A DNA stretch of 64,000 nt from contig OZ237748.1 of assembly GCA_965178125.1 (NCBI GenBank), forward strand, positions 868,001-932,000, read 5' to 3'. The position numbers were made by a program, and so were the translations under genes. Positions 26,993-39,527 of this stretch are shown here, in pieces (the stretch's first letter is position 1; each line of letters begins with the position of its first letter). Source of the stretch: Bilabrum cf. latius (Eukaryota). Under the pieces are notes generated by a model. The model saw nothing but the letters and a program-made list of their open reading frames with translations, searched no databases and was not told the origin of the DNA.

Positions 26993-29375
26993 TCACAGCT
27001 CCTCGCCCATGAAATCCTCGTCCTCCTCACCGTCTTCCCCACCGAAGCCGCCCGCGCCGCCCGCACCTCCTGCAGCCGCGTACACCTTCTGGATGATGGG
27101 GTTGGCCACGCCCTCGAGCTCCTTCCTCTGCTCGTCCAGGTCGTCCTTGCTCGCCTCCTCGTTCTCGTCCAGCCAGTCCAGCACCTCCTGCACCTTGGAC
27201 TCGAGCTCCTCCTTCTCCTCGTCCTCGATCTTGCCGGCGAGGCCCTTCTCCTCGTCCTCCAGCTGGTTCTTGAGGTTGTACGCGTACGACTCCAGGCCAT
27301 TCCGGGCATCGATCCGGTCCTTCACCTCGGCGTCCGCGTCGGCGTTCGCCTCCGCATCGGCAACCATCTGCTCGATCTCCTCCTGGGAGAGGCGTCCTTT
27401 CTCGCTGGTGATGGTGATCTGCTCGCTCTTGCCTGTGCCCTTGTCCTCGGCGGACACCTGGAGGATTCCGTTCGCGTCGATCTCGAAGGTCACCTCGATC
27501 TGGGGGGTGCCGCGGGGGGCCGGGGGGATGTCCTTGAGCTCGAACTTGCCCAGCTAGTGGTTGTCCTTGGTCATGGCGCGCTCTCCCTCGAACACCTGGA
27601 TGAGGACGGCGGGCTGGTTGTCCTGGTACGTGGAGAAGGTCTGGGACTTCTTGGTGGGGATCACGGAGTTCCGGTTGATGAGCTTGGTCATCACTCCGCC
27701 CACGGTCTCGATGCCCATGGACAGGGGGGTCACGTCCAGCAGCAAGATGTCCTTGGTGTCATCGCCGCCTTCGCCCGAGAGGATGCCTCCCTGCACGGCA
27801 GCGCCGTAGGCCACGGCCTCGTCGGGGTTAATGCCCCTGTTGGGCTCCTTGCCGTTGAAGTAGTCCTTGATCAGCTGCTGGATCTTGGGGATGCGGGTGG
27901 ATCCTCCCACTAGCACCACCTCGTCCACCTCCTTCTTGGCCAAGCCGGCGTCGGATAGCACGCGGGTCACGGGGCCGAGCGTCTTCTTGAACAGGTCCAT
28001 GTTGATCTCCTCGAAGCGGGCCCTGGAGAGCTTGTCCACGAGGTCCTCGCCATCAAAGAGCGCCTCGATCTCCAGGCGGGCCTCGTGCTGGGAAGAAAGC
28101 ACCCGCTTGACGCGCTCCACCTCCCGGCGGAGCTTCTGCTTGGCGCGGTTGTCCTTGCTCATGTCGGCGCCCGTCTTGCGCTTGAACTTCTTGATGAAGT
28201 ACTGCATGACCCGCTGGTCGAAATCTTCTCCGCCGAGGTGGGTGTCTCCGTTGGTGGCAAGCACCTCGAACACTCCGTTGTCGATGGTCAGCGCCGTCAC
28301 ATCGAAGGTGCCCCCGCCGAGGTCGAACACCAGGATGTTCTTCTCTCCCCCCTTCTTGTCCAGGCCGTACGCGATGGCGGCGGCCGTGGGCTCGTTGATG
28401 ATGCGCCTGACGTTGAGCCCGGAGATGGTCCCGGCGTCCTTGGTGGCCTGGCGCTGGGCATCGTTGAAGTACGCGGGCACGGTCACCACGGCGTCGTTGA
28501 TCTCCTTGTCCAGGAAGCCCTCCGCGATGGTCTTCATCTTCCCGAGGACCATGGCGCTCACCTCCTCGGGAGCGAACTGCTTGTTCTCCCCCGCGAGGTC
28601 GACCTCCACGTAGGGCCTGCCGCTCTTGGAGACTACCTTGTAGGGCCAGAGCTTCATGTCCGCCTGCACGGTCTTGTCCGTGAACTTGCGGCCGATCATG
28701 CGCTTCACGTCAAAGACCGTGTTGGAGGGGTTGATGGTGGCCTGGTTCTTGGCCGCGTCTCCGATGAGCCTCTCACCAGTGGCGGGGTCCCAGGCGACGT
28801 ACGAGGGGGTGATGCGGTTTCCCTGGTCGTTGGGGATGATCTCCACGCGTCCGTTCTTGAAGACGCCCACGCAGCTGTAGGTGGTGCCCAGGTCGATCCC
28901 GATGGTCGTCCCGACTGCGGTGATGGAGCGAGTGGAGGGTTGCGAGAAGGACAATCGTTGCGATGCACACAGGGAGGGAGGGGATGCCGGCTGGCTGGCT
29001 GGCTGGCCTGAATGAAACTTCAAAACGATCACGTTCAAGCAACATGTTCCATCAAAAATACAAAGTCAAGATTAATCTGGGCTGCATGCGTGGCGTAGCA
29101 CACTAAATGCCAAGTAAATGGGCAAGGAGGCTGGTAGTGCAGCGATCCACAGAGTTTGTCTGGCCCACTACGCAAATACTCAGTCCTAGACCCCTAAGAA
29201 CCGATCAATTCAAATACGTACATATGAATCACTTAGATACTTGTCAGTTTGCGCACAAGCTGCGTGACAACAGCAGCGCCACCGACATGTTGCACTACAC
29301 GTGGAAGCCGATGCAGCAGCTCAGTTGGTCCAACTCACTTGCGTCTTCCTCATCCGCAAATGCGGGCAGTGACAA
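26993..29375 (-). CDS. BiP: ER-luminal HSP70 (BiP/GRP78)
   Basis: [22 protein letters not shown] and [12 protein letters not shown] signatures. One in-frame TAG at 27554 lies in MTKDNH*LGKFEL, and the protein ends MGEEL-TGA. The main exon starts after CACCGCAG (~28916); the upstream signal-peptide exon(s) are approximate. Confidence 0.95.
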
Positions 29376-30244
29376 ACCTGTGGAAACAGTATGGTTAGAC
29401 ATATATGACGGAGGGCTTATGGATGTTTGAGCGAATTGCACGAGCAAACACGTTGCTCGTTGATGCACGTGGAGGCCTTCCCGATCAAGGTTCTGAAACT
29501 GTACCAAAGTTGCGCAAATTTGCACTCACATGCCACTGCACCAATAAGCATCAATGCTCGGTTCAACATTGCTCCAGGTACGGCTTTGTGTGACACTAAG
29601 AACCGTATGAAGTGGCGCGGTGGGTGTTCTGCTGGATGGCAAGCACGCAATCTGGTTTGTTCGTTTGTGCAGTGTTGTTTCAATACGCATGTGCAACTCG
29701 GCGCATAGCTCAGCGTTTTGTACCGTAATCTGGTAGTATACGACAAAGACCAACGTACATTTGTAGTGTTGACTCAGTTCGGCTGATAAATTGTGTCTCC
29801 TGAAAAGCACATTGCGAATCATAAGCGCGAATAGACTTGTTTCCATTGTGTTAATCAGTTCCAAGCGTTCTAATTGTGGATTGTTGTCCATAATCGCATT
29901 TTCCATAATCACATAACACTATTCAAATTGTTCAAATGCATAGTTGATCGTGCGTACGGCACGTACCTTTTTCCGTGAAAAGCTGGCCTGTATCGGAGCA
30001 ATGTGGTCACATCTGCGTGCCACAGTGGCACGTTGGGGTACGCCGGAAGACAACCTCAACGAGATTCCCGTCCGAATAACCACCCAGCAGCCGCATAAAT
30101 CCACCAGTGCAGGCATGCCACCCTTAATCATGTCCGATAGGATATATGCCCCCCTTCCCTCCCCCTCGTCTGGGGGGGATAGCCAGCCACACCGTAGAAA
30201 ATATCAATTCTGAATAAAGTCCCGCAACTACCGCATGTCCACAA

Positions 30245-32512
30245 TCACTGGCCCACCCGGATTGCTTCCTCTAACAACTTCACGCAGTCGTCATGCCCCC
30301 CCAATCGAGCCGCCTCCAGCGGTCCCACCACCCTGCTCCCGCGCGCCCCGTCCTCCACCTCTCCAGTGATATGCAGCCCGCCCGCAAGCTTGCCCAGCCT
30401 CAGCCGTCTCTCTAGCTCCATGGGCCTACCATGGCTTGCCGCTTGGAAGACCATTCCAGCGTCCCTCTTGGCCTCTACTGCCCTCCTCCAGCACAGGGCC
30501 CTCCGAATTGGAGATGCAACGAATGATCGAATGACGGCTGCGGTCTCGGGTCTCACGAGAGTGTCTGCTAGCTCGGCAGGAGTCAAGCCATCCTGGTAAT
30601 TTCAGGGAAGGAGTGGCGGCATGATAGGGCGTGGGCGATGCAAATGGGTTGGTGGCGTCTCCGAAACTAGGTGCATGAGTGCAGATCGTGCAAGATAAGA
30701 AGACTCATGTGTGGGTGCTCACGCTATCCTTGACGTCCCTGCGGGCCCCTGCCTCCATGAGGATGGTGGCACTCGCGTTGCGGGTATAGTAAGCTGTGTA
30801 GTGGAGGGGTGTCGTGCCTCCTCGCTGCGGGCACAACGACATGGCAATACGAAACAAAGCATACGGTTGCATTTACATGTAGCCAGTTCCCTTTGTGTTT
30901 CTCCCAGTAGTGAGCCACCTTTGAAGAAGACTACAAATTCGATACGATTGCTATAGCACCTGTTGTATGTCTCACCGTAGTTGCGTGCACGTCCCCCCCA
31001 TTATCCAGTAAGATCTGCAGGCACTGAGGAGAACCCACCTGGGCTGTGAAATGCATCGGGGTATTCCATGCCTGGGAGGGAATCAGAACGGGATGTACGG
31101 TGCAGCAGCGTGCGGATCATGGCAATGTTGACGTCAAACGACACACACTACTAGTGCGAGGGGCCATATATGTGTGCCATGTCAACACCGTGTCAACAAC
31201 AACCCACAAGCATTCCGTCGGACTAATGTCGTGCTCAAGCCTTCATTGCAAAGAAATAAACTGCAAAAAATGTACAAGCTTGTCTAAATCTCGAGGTGGA
31301 GTCTAGTCTGTCGACTAATTGGACCGTCAAGCCACTTCCCCCCTTATAGTTGGGGGATCCGACCATACTCCTGCACAATCGCCCAATACGATACTCTGTG
31401 GTTTCTGTCTTACACTATCCACGGCATGTACATCCCCACCGTTGTCCAGAATTACCTAAAGGCAATCGGGTTGGCTTTCTTGTCCGGCTATGTGTGTAAG
31501 TGTGAGGCCAACCTGCATCAGGGATGGACGAAGGGGCGGCAGGTGGTGCATTAGCCAGGTACAAGTGAATTGCGCTATCACGCGTACAAGGAGCGCAGAG
31601 GAGTAATGCTACTCATGTGGCCAACGCAGTCCCCGGTTGCAACCAACCGACCAGAAAGTCCTAGTACTTTTAGGTACACAGTAGCCATTGGTTACATACA
31701 CCCTCTAGCCAGACAGTCGACTACGCCTGGTACACAGGCACCTCCGTCAATTTCCCAGACGAACGCGCAATTCCTCACGTTCTCAGCAGCTTCCACGTCG
31801 GCGCCCCTCTCGATGAGTAGCTTCAGGCAGTCGAGGTGGCCTTTACAAGCAGCCAACCATGCCGCCGTTTCACCCAGCTGCGGTGTATCAAACGGTAACG
31901 TGCAGAAAGAAGGATACACCAAAGTCGGCCTTTCAGACCGGGGAGGCTATGTGTATTTACAACGGCTAGCAAAAGCGATATATCCGGATCTGTATTGTCG
32001 ATCTCGATTGATACCAGGTTTTACAATCATTGATAGGCCTACTAGGGTCTTGGCAGTCCGTTTGCTGGAGCAGATGACTATGAGCACGAAGCGACATGGC
32101 GCTTGAATCATTGATATGTTGAGTTTACCTGCCAATAATGCCCCCGCCCCCACCGATGCCGCAAGAAGATGCAGCTGCATGGTCTCGCCGCGCTCCCTAA
32201 CTACCACGAGTTTATTCTAGTGCGTCAACTGTTCTAGATACCCAGCCAGAATGTCCGGCAGCCGGGCAATTAGTAGCTTTGCTAAGGCCATCCACGGGTG
32301 GTCGGCTATCTATCTATGAGTTCTTCGGTGATAGCTCACCCACGAAACCATGGAAAAAATGAGATGATGCACTCGAATGCTTGATTTCAATTTCATACGG
32401 TAATTGCCAATCTCACCGCATCTTTGGATTCAATGTAGGTCCCCGCATCTAGGCACAACCTTAGGTCGTCAATCTTGCCATTATCAGCAGCCTCAAGCAG
32501 TGCGTCTCCCCT
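30245..32512 (-). CDS. Ankyrin-repeat protein (~6 exons) with the shared C-terminal domain
   Basis: Exons GDALLEAADNGKIDDLRLCLDAG, LGETAAWLAACKGHLDCLKLLIERGAD, VGLTLTHIAGQESQPDCL*VILDNGGD, AWNTPMHFTAQVGSPQCLQILLDNGGD and GTTPLHYTAYY. The final exon ends at TGA 30245. Confidence 0.85.
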
Positions 32513-33115
32513 GTAACACTCAAAAAGTATATAATTGAGATGTTCAGTCCGAATGAATTGCGATATGAAGGCTTCTGTAGTGTCGCAATCTACGAATAGT
32601 CTATTGGGCAGCATAAAATGCTTCAATGAGTAGCGGAATCCGCGCAGGCATCAATTGACACGTGACGAAAACGAAGAACATTACTTAAACCTAACATTTA
32701 GAACAATCGTTCGAGCCTGTGCTTTCAAGGACGATGTAAAGATCGGTCTGAGAACGGCAGAGCTGATAACTACACGTTTCAATAAACGCTGCAGCAGAGC
32801 GATTTTGCCACCGTGCTACCCGAGGGACAAGAGGGGGAGGGGGGGTTCCCCCGGCAGCAAGCACTGGCGCCCAAGGGGGAGGCCGCCCAACCTTATCCAA
32901 GACCCGGCCGCGCCTACTTCTCCTAGAAAGACACGGCCCCGGACGCACTCGATCAAACTGGAGCCCCCAGCTCCAGCAAGATGCGGCGATGTCGCCGCCG
33001 AGGTGGGGCGTGCGTGTGCGCCGCGGACAGATGGACCTCCAACGAAGCCACTGGGCTAGGGCGGGCTGTGCCCCTGGGAGCGACCGTGCGCGCTGCAGGC
33101 GGATCATCAGCGAAG

Positions 33116-33153
33116 CGGCTAGGCTAGGCTAGGCTAGGCTAGGCTAGGCTAGG
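33116..33153. repeat. (GGCTA)n microsatellite
   Basis: About 7 perfect copies. Confidence 0.9.
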
Positions 33154-33210
33154 CAAGGGTGCGGTGGAATGCTAGAGATTCCCTCGTGGATCAGGAGCCG
33201 CAGAGCACCT

Positions 33211-33527
33211 GCTCGCCACCATCGCAACTCCTCACGCCGCTCTACGGGCAGGAAACCGAAGAAGGCCTTCCCTCGCCACCATCGCAACTCCCCACGCCGC
33301 TCTACGGGCAGGAAACCGAAGAAGGCCTTCCCTCGCCACCATCGCAACTCCTCACGCCGCTCTACAGGCAGGAAACCGAAGAAGGCCTTCCCTCGCCACC
33401 ATCGCAACTCCCCACGCCGCTCTACGGGCAGGAAACCGAAGAGGGCCTTCCCTCGCCACCATCGCAACTCCTCACGCCGCTCTACAGGCAGGAAACCGAA
33501 GAAGGCCTTCCCTCGCCACCATCGCAA
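33211..33527. repeat. 60-bp minisatellite, ~5.3 copies
   Basis: Unit CTCGCCACCATCGCAACTCCTCACGCCGCTCTACGGGCAGGAAACCGAAGAAGGCCTTCC, with no unique spacers. Confidence 0.95.
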
Positions 33528-33646
33528 CGCCCCGGGGGGAAGGTCTAGAGACAGAACCTTGTCAACACACATCCTACTATGTGCCCCAAACGTATGAATC
33601 TAGCGCAATCGTGTTCCCTCTCTACAAGTGCCTGCGCTATCATGCT

Positions 33647-35653
33647 TTACTTATCTGTGGCATCCAACAGCAGCTCCACGCACTCGTCATGTCCCCCCAA
33701 TCGAGCCGCCTCCAGCGGACCCACCACCCTGGTCCCGCCCGCCCCGTCCTCCACCTCTCCAGTGATAGCCAGCCCGCCCGCCAGCTTGCCCAGCCTCAGC
33801 CGTCTCTCTAGCTCCATAGGCCTGCCCTCTTCAGCTGCTTGAAACACTATCTCCGCGTCCTTCTTGGCCTCCACTGCCCTCCTGTAGTAGACGAGCCTTC
33901 TGATGCGCTTAACTCTCTTCGACACGAACGACCTAATAGCGGCAGCGGTTTCGGTCTATCCTTTTGCGTCTGCATTCTCGGCCGGAGTACGGTTACTCTG
34001 CTCTCGTGAAGGTTCAGGGCGAGGCATGGGAGGGCGCTTATAGGATGTGTGGGGAATGAATAATCGGATCTGGGAGTCACGAGGACAAGTACCGCGGGCT
34101 GCAGCAATCCGACTCGGGGGAATGTGCCACGGCAGCCCACTTTGTTCTTGATGTCCCTGCGGGCCCCTGCCTACATGAGGATGATCGCATTCTCGGTTTG
34201 ACCATCGGACGCTGCCAAGTGAAGAGGAGTTTCTCCGAACTGTGCGCGAGTCCATGGCGGGTAAAATGATATAAGTTTATTGCAAGAGTAAGATCACGCC
34301 TAAATGCAATCGATGGATATTTTGTACAGCTGTCTGATGCTACCAAATGTAGCTCCCAAGAAGGGCAATACAAGGACGCAATACCAGCCAATAGTCCCAA
34401 GATAGTTATAGTGGGAACCTATGGATGATAGTCAACACCGATGAGGCCCATCAAAGGGGCTGCCAACGGCTTCATCTTCTTTAGACATCTGGTCTGCGTA
34501 GCGTTGACCCTCCCTACTAGTAGTACAGCACATCCGGATCACATGCACGCGCATCCATACTGCCTCTCACATAATTCTGCGCATTTCCGTCTCCATTGTA
34601 TTCCATGGCTACCAGCAGAGTCTATCTAGAACAACGCGACGCCTGATGCACAGATGTTAGCCCATACTGTGATGGAACGAGGGTATGGCTGTGTGGGTGC
34701 GAATGTTACCATAGGCGCGTGTACGGCTCTGATCAATTCTACATCAACTCAATAAAAACGCAACAGATCTACATGTAAGGTGGAAATATGCGCTGAATGA
34801 TTCAAAACAAGACAACAAGCGACAGTATTTCAAGATTCGGATCCATCAACCCACTCCGTACCGCGAAACCATCCGGATTCGTATCGCTCTATTTACCCTT
34901 GAGGCGATGAATTCGGTGCCGAATAATGTTGTGATCATGCATGCACATTAATCATCCCATAAGAATGCAGCCAGTATGCGCATGACGACATTCGCAACCA
35001 ACTAGTCGCTCTCACATCATCTCCGGCATTCATATCGCAGCCATGAGCAGCAAGCACTTGCAGACATCCCGTGTGGTCACCTATTGCTGCATGATGTGCT
35101 GGCGCCCACCCATACTGCTATGAAAGGGAGGTAAAGTGAGCTTTAAATGCATGGTTTGGCCCCCGATTCCGTCCAAGGGGCCGCCACTGATAGCTAGATC
35201 TACTGTGTCCAGGATGTAAGCATGATGAACACAACATCAATCAAGCGTGTTTAACATACAAAAGTAGCAATCACATGCTGCGTCACCGTGTCCATGCGCC
35301 TAAAAGCTGCCTAAACACGCACACAATCAGAAGATTAGCCCACGGGTGCGGTTGAAGGAACAAATCTAATATGTAGTCTAGGCTCAATGGATGCTATGGG
35401 GGCGGGCCAGCAAACTATGTACGAGCTAGATAGGTGCTACAGAATACCCTGATCCATTGCACCAGACCATGAGAAACATATTGGCATATCTATCAGGATG
35501 ACATACATGATGGTGAGCGAGGGTCCAGTCAGGATTTGATGCTAATCAACTCACGTTGCCGGATACGCCCACGTCGGCGCCCCTCTCTAAGAGCAGCTAC
35601 AGGCACGCCGTCTACCCGTTCTTTGCAGCGATATATGCGGCCGTCTGGCCATA
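33647..35653 (-). CDS. Ankyrin-repeat protein, tandem paralog of 30245..32512
   Basis: Exons YGQTAAYIAAKNG*TACL*LLLERGAD, YGWAPAHHAAIGDHTGCLQVLAAHGCD, FGETPLHLAASDGQTENAIILM*AGARRD and SNRTPAENADAKG*TETAAAIRSF plus the shared domain. It ends at TAA 33647, and the 5' end was not found. Confidence 0.8.
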
Positions 35654-36869
35654 CTGCATATGAGATGCATGCATGCGAAAACTGACAGAGGTGCTTAAAT
35701 GGGTGCTGGACCTTCAAATTGGTTACCTGCTGGCGCTGTAGGCAACATGTGATCTACATCGCGAGTGGGAGGACCCGGGCACGTATAGTACTACCTCCAG
35801 CCGTCGGAATTACGTGATCATTACAATAATGGACGCTTCAATTTGGTTAGTTGATAACGATCAGCGTAGTCCAAGTCACGACGCAGACTGGTTGCAAGCC
35901 GTTGTCCAGTCGCATGTATAAAGCTGGCTCCGGTAGACCCTGTCAGTGAAATAGCCAATAAATTGAAAAAGATCGCAGGTTGCTGACCCGTTCCAATAAT
36001 TCTCTCACGACATCCTTGGATTCGACGTCCGTTCCCGAATCCAACCAGGAACGAAGTTCGTCCGCCTCGCCATTCTTGGCTGCTTCTAGCATAGCATCCC
36101 CCCTTCAAACAAATTTGATATAAAATACTTAATACAAATAAAATGTTGCTACGTAACTGCATTTAAGCTCATGCGCCTTGTAAAGGCAGTCGGATAAAGG
36201 GCAACTATGAGCAGCGCCCTCCACGCGACACTGAGCATACACTAAAGACCATACAGTCGTGATAAACATTACGCATTCTCACATTTTCTAAAATTTAGAG
36301 TTCGATGGTATCAAAACACTGTGATAAGACGTGCAGTGGCTGCCAGAATTCTGGCAGACGCATCATGATGGATCGTCGTCACTGTGGCACTGCGTGGCAC
36401 CTTCATCACCCTCGGGATATTCTCGCTTAGCTGCACCCATCATGGCACGCACGCAGCATAGCTCATGAGTCAAGACCGCGTTGCATCTGAATATAAGTGC
36501 CAGCATTCGCAATCAGCAGAACCCAGGGCGCAAGGACCTGCGCCACCGCCACATGTGCCGCCGGATGGAAGCACAGTTTCGTAGAAAGGTGCTTGCTTAC
36601 TTGACTGCAGAACCAGCGCCATTAGTATCCACCTGACTCGTGGGACTAATCGCGGACCCTACAATCTGTTCTGTACCGTCCGCACGACCTCTGGAGGTGG
36701 AATCGCATGGGTCCAGCTCGCGCTGTGGACAGGCACCTGCCGCCACCCAACCAACACTAGATGGTGCCAGCTCTGGCAGTGCGGGTGCTACAGGTGAGGC
36801 GGGCGACCATGTTGCCAGCGCTGGCAGTGCGGGTGCTTCAGGACACGGTTCCTAGGCATATTTCGGTCT

Positions 36870-39527
36870 ATGCCTGGCCAACTATTTCCTTGCAGGCCTT
36901 CTCAGGTCCTGACTGGCTCCGCCAGGTGGGTCTCCTGTTCAGGGGCGCGCGTTACTTCCGTCACAGTCCTCGGGTTGTATCTGGTATTGAATTGCAAGCG
37001 AAAAATATACAACATTTTTATTCTCTCTCTCAACATTTTTATTCTCTCTCTCAAATCATGCAATACACACAAGCTGCCGAACGAAATGGTCAGCTTCTTT
37101 GATTTCGACGGTGCATGCATACTCAGCAATTATGCATCTGACTTCGAGTGGTCTTGCTTCAAAGAGAGGGTCAGGGGACTAGAGGGTACTACTAGTAGAG
37201 TGGCCAGGTGCTGGATCAACACCGAAGCATTGGGACCAGACGAAATGAGAGCAATTGCGGAGGTAATACCAAAGATTCCTGCAATTGCCTGTTTTTCAAT
37301 CAGTCAGTGGGCCAAGAAACCGTCGTCGGCTGCTTTGGGGATTTTGGCGGCAGCAGCAGAACACCTCAGAGAGCTGGAGACCATTGACGCCAATGACTTT
37401 AATGTACGAGACTCGAAGTCGGCGGGATATATATCATGTATGCTTCGCAATAATGTGGTGTCGCTTAATCGTGTTTCCCTCCGCATGGGCTTCGAGCAGG
37501 GCGCTGGGATGGATCTCGTGAGGTCCCTGTCTCAGTGCAAGAACCTCTCGACCGTCCGCTTGAGCAGGCAAAGCGGTGGAAACGAGACTGAAGCGAGTTC
37601 GGCTCTAATTGAATGCACTGGTAGGCTGCCTTCGCTTCGCGTGCTGAGCTTCTACGGCGTTTCGTCAACGAGCGTAGTCGCCAGGGCAATCGCAGACTGC
37701 AGGGGCACACTCGTGGAGGTCGAGGGGAAGGAAATGACCAGGTCAAAGAAGGAGGGAAGCGCGTCCTGCTGGCGTGCACTATCGTCGTGCGCGTCACTGC
37801 TGAAGATCACGTGGCCAGCTCCCCTGGCGTCGGACCTGGAGGGGCAGACCGCCTTGGAAGCTTGCCTGAGAGTGCATGAGGGGGTCGAGGAGGTAGTGCT
37901 GGGGAGCTTTGGGAACAACGCAGGTGACAGACGCGAAGTGGTATGCTTTCAATCCGAGGTGAACGGCATTCTATCCAATCCCAGGTGCAAGCTGAAAGGC
38001 CTTACTGTGAGTTGCCGCGTGGGAGAGGGCGACCAGTAGCATCTAGGTCGACTGTTGGCTGCCGGTGTGTCGAGCCTGGTGCGACTTAAGGTAAGGCAGC
38101 TTGGAAGTGCCGGTGTTTTGGCAGTAGGTCGCGGTTTACAATCATGCGGATGCAGGTTGCGCGAGCTGGCGCTCCAGTCCTGTAGCAGTGAGATCAGCGG
38201 GTGGGCGGCGCTGGGGGTTGCACTAAGTGGTCACGAGACGTTGAAGAAGTTGGTGGTCACTGGTAGCAATATGCAAGGGGGGGGCGCGTATCATTCGGAT
38301 GACGTCTTTCAGAGATTGGCGGATAACGTGGTCTTGGAAGAGCTGGACCTGCGGGAGAATTACGAGTTGGGGCGGGAATAGTACGCTGCACTGCATGAGT
38401 CGTTGCTAGGGAATGACACCATCAGGAAGGTGTGGACCAGCGAAAGGGTGGGTGAGGATGCGTAGTCGCTCATTAACTTGCTGCAGGAGAATCATTCAAT
38501 GGAAGTTCTTGGCTTCAACATTCCCTTGGATGGTACCACACCTGCCTCTATGGGGATGGGACGCGCCCTCGAGTCTAACTAGTCCCTTCGTTAGATGGAA
38601 GTCATGGTGGCGGCGCCAAAGGGCCTGGATGCCTTACCTGCAATCCTTGCCTCCCACCCCCACATGGAGAGGCTGAGCATTGTCAAATATGATGCTGTGG
38701 AGGTGCCGCCGGCGGCCATAGCTGCGGTGATCAAGGCGATCGAAGACAGCTGCCCGGGGATGAAACATGTAGATTGGGCGACAGGCGTCCTGGATGCATC
38801 AGATTCTAGCATGGCCAAGGTCCTTGGGACAGACAGGACACACATTGTCAGGCAGTGGATGGGCCAGGAGCCCACCCCGCAGAGGGCTGCAGGTGCCCTC
38901 CGCACGCTGGGTGGCAGGTTCAGAGACAGCCTAGATTCACATGAGGTCTGCAGGTACGCTGCCGGGGCACTCAAAGGGGCATTAGTGGCGAACGATGCGG
39001 GCGGATGCATCATCGTGGCATCTGCGTGCGCGGACGGGGTGCGGGAGAATGACGATGACAAGGACGACGAGAGTCGCGGATTCTTGATCGATGTGTCAGG
39101 ATGGGAGGGGTCGGGTCTGTGGTAGGCTGGGCAAGCCGTGGTAGGCAGGCATTTGGGGTGCGAGAGGGGCGCGGAGGAAGGACAGTGGGTGGGTGCCGTG
39201 AGAAGATGCGAGGAGATGGTGCAGTATGAGGCGATGAGGAGGCAGAGGGCCATGGCCAGGTGGATGCAGGCAGTGACGGCACGTCGGGACGCGGGGTACA
39301 TCTTTAGGTGCGCAAGGGACGGGAGGCCACTGGAGCTGGGGAAGCGGCTGAGGCTGGGGGCTAAGACGGGGGCACTGGCTGTGAAGGGCGAGTTGGAGGT
39401 GCAGGTGGGTGGAATGATGGTGAGGAGGACGGTGACGCCCCTCGGGGCAGCCAAGTTGGGAGGGCATGACGAGTGCGTGAGACTGCTAGAGGATGCAATG
39501 GGGCGGATCAAGCTGCTGTAGGGGTGA
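36870..39527 (+). CDS. RNI-like leucine-rich-repeat protein fused to the shared C-terminal domain
   Basis: LRR-like segments CRLRELALQSC, LADNVVLEELDLREN and ALESN*SLR*MEV. One frame runs through 7 TAGs (38037, 38379, 38463, 38580, 38592, 39123, 39519) to TGA 39525. The true start is uncertain. Confidence 0.8.

Noticed and set aside
27554-27556. BiP and USP as pseudogenes or sequencing errors
   Set aside because: Interruptions are always TAG with no frameshifts, and the catalytic motifs are intact across many genes.
33211-33527. CRISPR-like regular repeat
   Set aside because: Units are wholly repeated with no unique spacers, there are no cas genes, and the context is eukaryotic.
37010-37052. 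21-bp direct duplication CAACATTTTTATTCTCTCTCT
   Set aside because: It looks like simple local slippage in probable intronic DNA, with nothing inserted between the copies.
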